This document shows positions 27,373 to 32,000 of a DNA stretch of 32,000 nt, one piece after another. The DNA comes from Enterobacteriaceae endosymbiont of Donacia provostii (GTDB taxonomy: Bacteria > Pseudomonadota > Gammaproteobacteria > Enterobacterales > Enterobacteriaceae): the NCBI RefSeq assembly GCF_012570145.1, contig NZ_CP046206.1, positions 212,324-244,323 on the forward strand. Reading direction: 5' to 3'. Position 1 is the first letter of the stretch, and every line of letters begins with the position of its first letter. The notes under the pieces were generated by a model. It searched no databases. It was given only the letters and a program-made list of their open reading frames with translations, and had not been told where the DNA came from. The position numbers were made by a program, and so were the translations under genes.

Positions 27373-27415
27373 TTTTTGAAATTTTAATTAAATAAAAATG
27401 TTATTTTTAATTAAA

Positions 27416-27970
27416 TTAACATAATATTTTTTTTTCTGTTTTTTTATAAAATTCTTGAATATTATTAATATATAATATTGTTTGTTTTTGAATCTCATTA
27501 TATAGTTTTTTTTTTTGATTTTCATTTATTTGTTTATTTTTTAATAAATTTTTTATTTGATTATTAGATTTTCTACGTATATTTCTAATATGAATTTTAT
27601 TTTGTTCAGATTCTATTTTTATATTTTTCAATATTTTTAATTTTCTAGATTCTGTAATAGGAGGTATATATACATAAATACTATTTTCAATAATTTTAGT
27701 TGTCACATCTAAATTTGAAAGTATAATACTTTTTTCTATATTTTTTTTTATTTTATAATCAAATGGTGTAATTTTTAAAGTAAAATTATTTTCTAATACT
27801 ATAGAAGAGATATGATTAATAGAAATTAATTTATTATGTAATTTTATACAAACATAACGTAATAAATCAGGAGATAACCTGTTTTGTGATAAAATATTAA
27901 TTTTTTTTATGAATGTATCTAAACATTTTTTCATATTTTTTTTATTATTATTAATAATATTATTATCCAT
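27416..27970 (-). CDS. frr: Ribosome recycling factor
   Basis: About 184 aa, collinear with E. coli Frr (MDKCVEAF, here MKKCLDTF; TLKINVFD, here TLKITPFD). It lies between pyrH and uppS. Confidence 0.9.
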   Translation of the reverse strand: MDNNIINNNKKNMKKCLDTFIKKINILSQNRLSPDLLRYVCIKLHNKLISINHISSIVLENNFTLKITPFDYKIKKNIEKSIILSNLDVTTKIIENSIYVYIPPITESRKLKILKNIKIESEQNKIHIRNIRRKSNNQIKNLLKNKQINENQKKKLYNEIQKQTILYINNIQEFYKKTEKKILC

Positions 27971-28004
27971 ATAACAATCCTTTATTTAAAATAAAATTAT
28001 ATAT

Positions 28005-28733
28005 TTAAGAATTTTTTATTATTGTTCCTATAATTTGACCAGTTATAATTTTATATAAAGAACCAGGTTTATAAATATTAAAAATATGTATAGGTATATT
28101 ATAATCTCGAGCTAAGAGAAATGCAGTATTATCCATAATTTTAATTTTATTTTTTATTAAATAATCATAATTAATTAAATTAAAAAATTTAGCATTAGAA
28201 TAATTTATAGGATCTTTAGAATATACTCCATTAACCTTGGTTGCTTTTAATACAGCATCAGCTTCTAGTTCTATTGCTCTTAAACATGCTGTAGTATCTG
28301 TAGTAAATAATGGATTACCTAGACCTCCTGTTAATATAATTATATTATTTTTAATTAAATCTATTGCTTTAAAAATATTATATTCTTGACAAATACTTTT
28401 TATGGGTAAAGAAGACATTAAATATACATTAATTAATTTATTTTTAAAAGAATTATACAATAATAAACCATTAATTATGGTTGATATCATGCCAATTTGA
28501 TCACCTAAAACTCTTTTAACATTATTATTTTTATTACAATATCGACCTCTAAATAAATTCCCTCCTCCTATTACTATACCAATTTCAATACCTAAAGGTA
28601 AAATACTTTGTATTTCTTGTATGATATAATTTAGTAATTTATTATCTATACCTGATATATTTTTACCTTGTAAAAATTCTCCACTTATTTTTAATATAAT
28701 ACGATTATAAAATATTTTTTTTTTAGTATTCAT
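28005..28733 (-). CDS. pyrH: UMP kinase
   Basis: YNRIILKISGEFLQG, the VIGGGNLFRG glycine-rich loop and KATKVNGVYSKDP. It lies in tsf-pyrH-frr order. Confidence 0.96.
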   Translation of the reverse strand: MNTKKKIFYNRIILKISGEFLQGKNISGIDNKLLNYIIQEIQSILPLGIEIGIVIGGGNLFRGRYCNKNNNVKRVLGDQIGMISTIINGLLLYNSFKNKLINVYLMSSLPIKSICQEYNIFKAIDLIKNNIIILTGGLGNPLFTTDTTACLRAIELEADAVLKATKVNGVYSKDPINYSNAKFFNLINYDYLIKNKIKIMDNTAFLLARDYNIPIHIFNIYKPGSLYKIITGQIIGTIIKNS

Positions 28734-28794
28734 AAGATATTTATTTATTAAAATTTCATAAAATAAAATTAATAAAATGATATAAAAAAAATAA

Positions 28795-29610
28795 TTAGTT
28801 TTTAATTATATTTTCATTAATTTTTAAACGTACAAAATTTAAAATTTTCATTTTATTCTTTTTTAAAATATTAAACACTGTTTGATTATTATCTAATAAA
28901 AATTTTTGGTTATATAATGTAATATTATTTATAAATTTTTTTATTCTTCCTTCTATTATTTTTTTAAAAATTATTGGAGATTTATTTTTTTTCATTGCAA
29001 TATTTTTTTGTAACTTATATTCTTGATTAAGAATATCAGAAGGAATATTTTTTTCTTGTATATATTCTGGTTTTAACATAGCTATATGCATAGCAATCTG
29101 TTTCATTAATAATTGATTATTAATATTAGATTTAATAATAACTCCTATATTTTTATTATGATGTATATATTTACCTATAAATTTACCTTGAATATAGTGT
29201 ATTTGATTAATAAATATATTTTCTTTTAAAAGACCAATTAGTTCTATTTTTTTTTTATTAAAAACTTTCTGTATTATATTAATATCTTGTTGATTATTTT
29301 TTATAATATAATTTAAAATTTCATTTCCAAAATTTATAAAATTTATTGATTTTGCTACAAAATCTGTTTGACAATTTATTTCTAATAAAATTCCAAAATC
29401 TTTTGTTACATAATCTAAAATAAGTCCTTCTTTTGTTTCATTATTAAATTTCTTAATAGATTCTACTGTAAGATATTGTCTTATATAATTTATTGCATTA
29501 TTAATATTTCCTTGTGTTGCTACTAATGCTTTTTTACATTCTATAATACTAATACCTGTAATATTTCTTAATTTTTTAATTTTATTAATATTAATTTTCA
29601 ATGTTATCAT
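28795..29610 (-). CDS. tsf: Elongation factor Ts
   Basis: N-terminal UBA-like KKLRNITGISIIECKKAL. LEINCQTDFVAK. IAMHIAMLKPEYI. It lies immediately downstream of rpsB. Confidence 0.94.
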   Translation of the reverse strand: MITLKININKIKKLRNITGISIIECKKALVATQGNINNAINYIRQYLTVESIKKFNNETKEGLILDYVTKDFGILLEINCQTDFVAKSINFINFGNEILNYIIKNNQQDINIIQKVFNKKKIELIGLLKENIFINQIHYIQGKFIGKYIHHNKNIGVIIKSNINNQLLMKQIAMHIAMLKPEYIQEKNIPSDILNQEYKLQKNIAMKKNKSPIIFKKIIEGRIKKFINNITLYNQKFLLDNNQTVFNILKKNKMKILNFVRLKINENIIKN

Positions 29611-29613
29611 CTC

Positions 29614-30321
29614 CTAATGAGTTTTTAGTTTTTTATTATTAGATTGTAATTTATTATTTAATATGGTTTGAGTAACATAATATAAATATAATTTTATAGC
29701 ACGGATAGCATCATCATTAGCAGGAATAACAAAATTAATTCCTTCTGGATTAGAATTAGTATCTACTACTGCAAAAATAGGGATATTTAATTTTTTAGCT
29801 TCACTTATAGCAATTTTTTCATGATTTGCATCAATAACAAATATTGCATCAGGTAATCCTCCCATATTTTTAATACCACCTAAACTTTTTTCTAATTTTA
29901 ATAATTTTCTATTTCTTATTAAAGCTTCTTTTTTAATTAATTGATTAAATGTTCCATCTTTACTTTGTAATTCTAATTCTTTTAATTTTTTTATAGATTT
30001 TTTCACAGTTTTCCAATTAGTTAACATACCTCCTAACCAACGATGATTAATAAAAAATTGATGACAATTAATTGCAGTTTCTTTTATAAGATTAGATGCT
30101 GCTTTTTTTGTTCCAATAAATAAAATTTTACCTTTACGAGAAGTAATTTTTTTTAATTCTTTTAGTGCAATATTAAACATTTGAAAAGTTTTATCTAAAT
30201 TAATAATATGTATTTTATTTTTATGGTTAAAAATAAATTTTTTCATTTTTGGATTCCAATAACGTGTTTGGTGACCAAAATGAGTTCCTACTTTAAACAT
30301 TTTCTTGATAGATATAGACAT
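29614..30321 (-). CDS. rpsB: 30S ribosomal protein S2
   Basis: [34 protein letters not shown] and [28 protein letters not shown] match E. coli S2. The listed ORF starts at 30381, but the ATG at 30321 (MSISIKKMF...) aligns with the E. coli N-terminus and has GAGGA about 8 nt upstream. Confidence 0.95.
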   Translation of the reverse strand: MSISIKKMFKVGTHFGHQTRYWNPKMKKFIFNHKNKIHIINLDKTFQMFNIALKELKKITSRKGKILFIGTKKAASNLIKETAINCHQFFINHRWLGGMLTNWKTVKKSIKKLKELELQSKDGTFNQLIKKEALIRNRKLLKLEKSLGGIKNMGGLPDAIFVIDANHEKIAISEAKKLNIPIFAVVDTNSNPEGINFVIPANDDAIRAIKLYLYYVTQTILNNKLQSNNKKLKTH

Positions 30322-30485
30322 TATTATTATCCTCATTTTATAAATAAATAAAATAATATTATATAATTTGTATTTATACAAAAAATTTATTTAATAAATT
30401 TAATTTAATTATTTTTATAAAAATAAAATTAGGTATATAATATACCATTTTATATTAAATAATTAATATTATATAAAAGAAAATA

Positions 30486-31265
30486 ATGAAAATTTTCATT
30501 AAAAATTCTAAAGAGATAAAAAAAATTTATAAATCTTGCCAATTAGCAGCTGAAGTATTAGAAATGATAAAAACTTATATAGTACCTGGAATTAGTACTG
30601 AAGAAATAAATAATATATGTCATAATTATATTACTAAAACTCAAAAAGCTAAATCTGCTATTTTAGGATATAAAGGTTTTCCAAAATCTGTATGTATTTC
30701 TATTAATGATGTTGTATGTCATGGAATACCAAATAAAAATGAAATTTTAAAAAATGGAGACATTGTAAATATAGATATAACAGTATTGTATGATAATTAT
30801 TATGGCGATACATCAAAAATGTTTTTAGTAGGTAAAAATATTTCTAAAAAATTAAAATTATTATGTTTAACTGCTAAGAAAAGCTTATATAAAGCTATTA
30901 ATATTTTAAAACCAGGTATTAGATTATATAAAATTGGTCAAGTAATACAAAAATATGTAGAATCTAAAAATTTTTCTGTTGTTAGAAATTATTGTGGTCA
31001 TGGTATTGGAAGAAATTTTCATGAGGAACCTCAAATTTTACATTATAAATCATATGATTATGGTATTATATTACAAAAAGGCATGATATTTACAATTGAA
31101 CCTATGATTAATATAGGGCATCATAGTGTATATGTTACAAATGATCATTGGACAGTAAAAACTATAGATAAAACTTATTCAGCTCAATATGAGCATACAG
31201 TGCTTATTACTAATAATGGAAATAAAATATTAACCTTAAGAAGAGGGGAAAAAAAATATATTTAA
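30486..31265 (+). CDS. map: Methionine aminopeptidase type I
   Basis: All metal-ligand contexts are present: NIDITV..GDTSKMF (two Asp), CGHGIG (His), FTIEP (Glu) and QYEHT (Glu). It is divergent from rpsB as in E. coli. Confidence 0.96.
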   Translation: MKIFIKNSKEIKKIYKSCQLAAEVLEMIKTYIVPGISTEEINNICHNYITKTQKAKSAILGYKGFPKSVCISINDVVCHGIPNKNEILKNGDIVNIDITVLYDNYYGDTSKMFLVGKNISKKLKLLCLTAKKSLYKAINILKPGIRLYKIGQVIQKYVESKNFSVVRNYCGHGIGRNFHEEPQILHYKSYDYGIILQKGMIFTIEPMINIGHHSVYVTNDHWTVKTIDKTYSAQYEHTVLITNNGNKILTLRRGEKKYI

Positions 31266-31276
31266 ATAAAATTTAT

Positions 31277-31312
31277 ATAATTAAGTAATTAATTTCTTAA
31301 TTACTTAATTAT
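31277..31312. terminator. Hairpin with 16-bp stem and 4-nt loop between convergent map and rpoD, a candidate bidirectional terminator
   Basis: ATAATTAAGTAATTAA (31277-31292), loop TTTC, then TTAATTACTTAATTAT (31297-31312) are perfectly complementary. T-rich sequence follows on the plus strand. It sits in the 58-nt spacer between two convergent stop codons. The stem is almost entirely A-T, so its stability is modest. Confidence 0.5.
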
Positions 31313-31323
31313 TTTATTATGGA

Positions 31324-32000
31324 TTAATTATCTAAAAAACTTTTTAATATTTCAGACCTACTAGGATGTCGTAATTTTCTTAATGCTTTTGCTTCTATCT
31401 GTCTAATTCTTTCTCTAGTTACATCAAATTGTTTTCCTACTTCTTCTAAAGTATGATCTGTATTCATATCAATTCCAAATCTCATTCGTAATACTTTTGC
31501 TTCTCTTGGCGTTAAACTAGAAAGAATGTTATATGTAGCAATTTTTAAACTTTCTGAAGTTGCAGAATCTAAAGGTAGTTCTAAATTAGAATCTTCAATA
31601 AAATCACTTAAGTGAGATTCTTCATCATCTCCTATAGGAGTTTCCATTGAAATTGGTTCTTTAGCTATTTTTAAAATTTTTCTAATTTTATCTTCAGGTA
31701 AAAGCATATGTTTTGATAATTCTTCTGGTGTAGGTTCTCTACCCAATTCTTGTAATATTTTTCTCGAAACTCTATTAAGTTTATTAATAGTTTCAATCAT
31801 ATGAACTGGAATTCTTATAGTTCTTGCTTGATCTGCAATAGAACGTGTTATAGCTTGTCTAATCCACCAGGTAGCATATGTAGAAAATTTATAACCTCTT
31901 CTATATTCAAATTTATCTACTGCTTTCATTAAGCCAATATTACCTTCTTGAATTAAATCAAGAAATTGTAATCCTCTATTTGTATATTTTTTAGCTATAG
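31324..32000 (-). CDS. rpoD: RNA polymerase sigma-70 factor, 3' portion (the 5' end lies beyond the window)
   Basis: The frame stays open to the window end ([67 protein letters not shown]). It is essentially identical to E. coli RpoD regions 2-4, ending ...[18 protein letters not shown]. Confidence 0.97.
   Translation of the reverse strand, partial: IAKKYTNRGLQFLDLIQEGNIGLMKAVDKFEYRRGYKFSTYATWWIRQAITRSIADQARTIRIPVHMIETINKLNRVSRKILQELGREPTPEELSKHMLLPEDKIRKILKIAKEPISMETPIGDDEESHLSDFIEDSNLELPLDSATSESLKIATYNILSSLTPREAKVLRMRFGIDMNTDHTLEEVGKQFDVTRERIRQIEAKALRKLRHPSRSEILKSFLDN

Noticed and set aside
1-32000. Possible alternative genetic code (UGA read as Trp), as seen in some tiny A+T-rich symbiont genomes.
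   Set aside because: All conserved genes translate at full length under the standard code. Conserved Trp positions are encoded by TGG (for example WW in the GH28 gene and WWIRQ in rpoD). No conserved gene needs read-through of TGA.
31324-32000. A visibly less A+T-rich segment at the right end of the window, which could suggest foreign DNA.
   Set aside because: It coincides exactly with the most conserved part of rpoD (regions 2-4, nearly identical to E. coli). Purifying selection on the protein explains the composition, so horizontal transfer need not be invoked.
1-32000. Mobile elements, CRISPR arrays, toxin-antitoxin or defence-system genes.
   Set aside because: Every ORF longer than about 90 codons is assigned to a conserved housekeeping family or to the GH28 enzyme. 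The only long non-coding stretch is explained by the rseP remnant. I saw no direct-repeat arrays, terminal inverted repeats or transposase or integrase motifs.

Overview
The window is very A+T-rich (roughly 80% by eye), gene-dense and uses the standard genetic code, with short spacers. It looks like a strongly reduced gammaproteobacterial (Enterobacterales-derived) obligate endosymbiont genome. I see 25 CDSs and one multiply disrupted pseudogene, and no tRNA, rRNA, IS element, prophage or CRISPR. Gene content, in order:
- aceE-aceF-lpdA (pyruvate dehydrogenase)
- a GH28 polygalacturonase-like pectinase
- dapE
- lon-clpX-clpP-bolA
- suhB, nfuA, metA, proS
- a block collinear with the E. coli map-to-tilS region: tilS-dnaE-fabZ-skp-bamA-(rseP pseudogene)-uppS-frr-pyrH-tsf-rpsB, with map divergent from rpsB
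- the 3' part of rpoD

The main points of interest:
- An apparently intact plant-cell-wall pectinase sits among housekeeping genes and has no visible signal peptide. Pectinase-encoding reduced symbionts are known from leaf beetles (Candidatus Stammera in Cassidinae, Candidatus Macropleicola in Donaciinae). The presence of metA and dapE fits the second type better, but this taxonomic guess is inference only.
- rseP is a nearly full-length but heavily lesioned pseudogene.
- lpxD/lpxA/lpxB/rnhB, accA, cdsA, dxr and tig are cleanly missing from their conserved positions.
- SuhB has its inositol-monophosphatase metal-binding motifs replaced.
- AceF has a second lipoyl domain that lacks the lipoyl-lysine.

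I did not find a multi-gene defence or mobile system.
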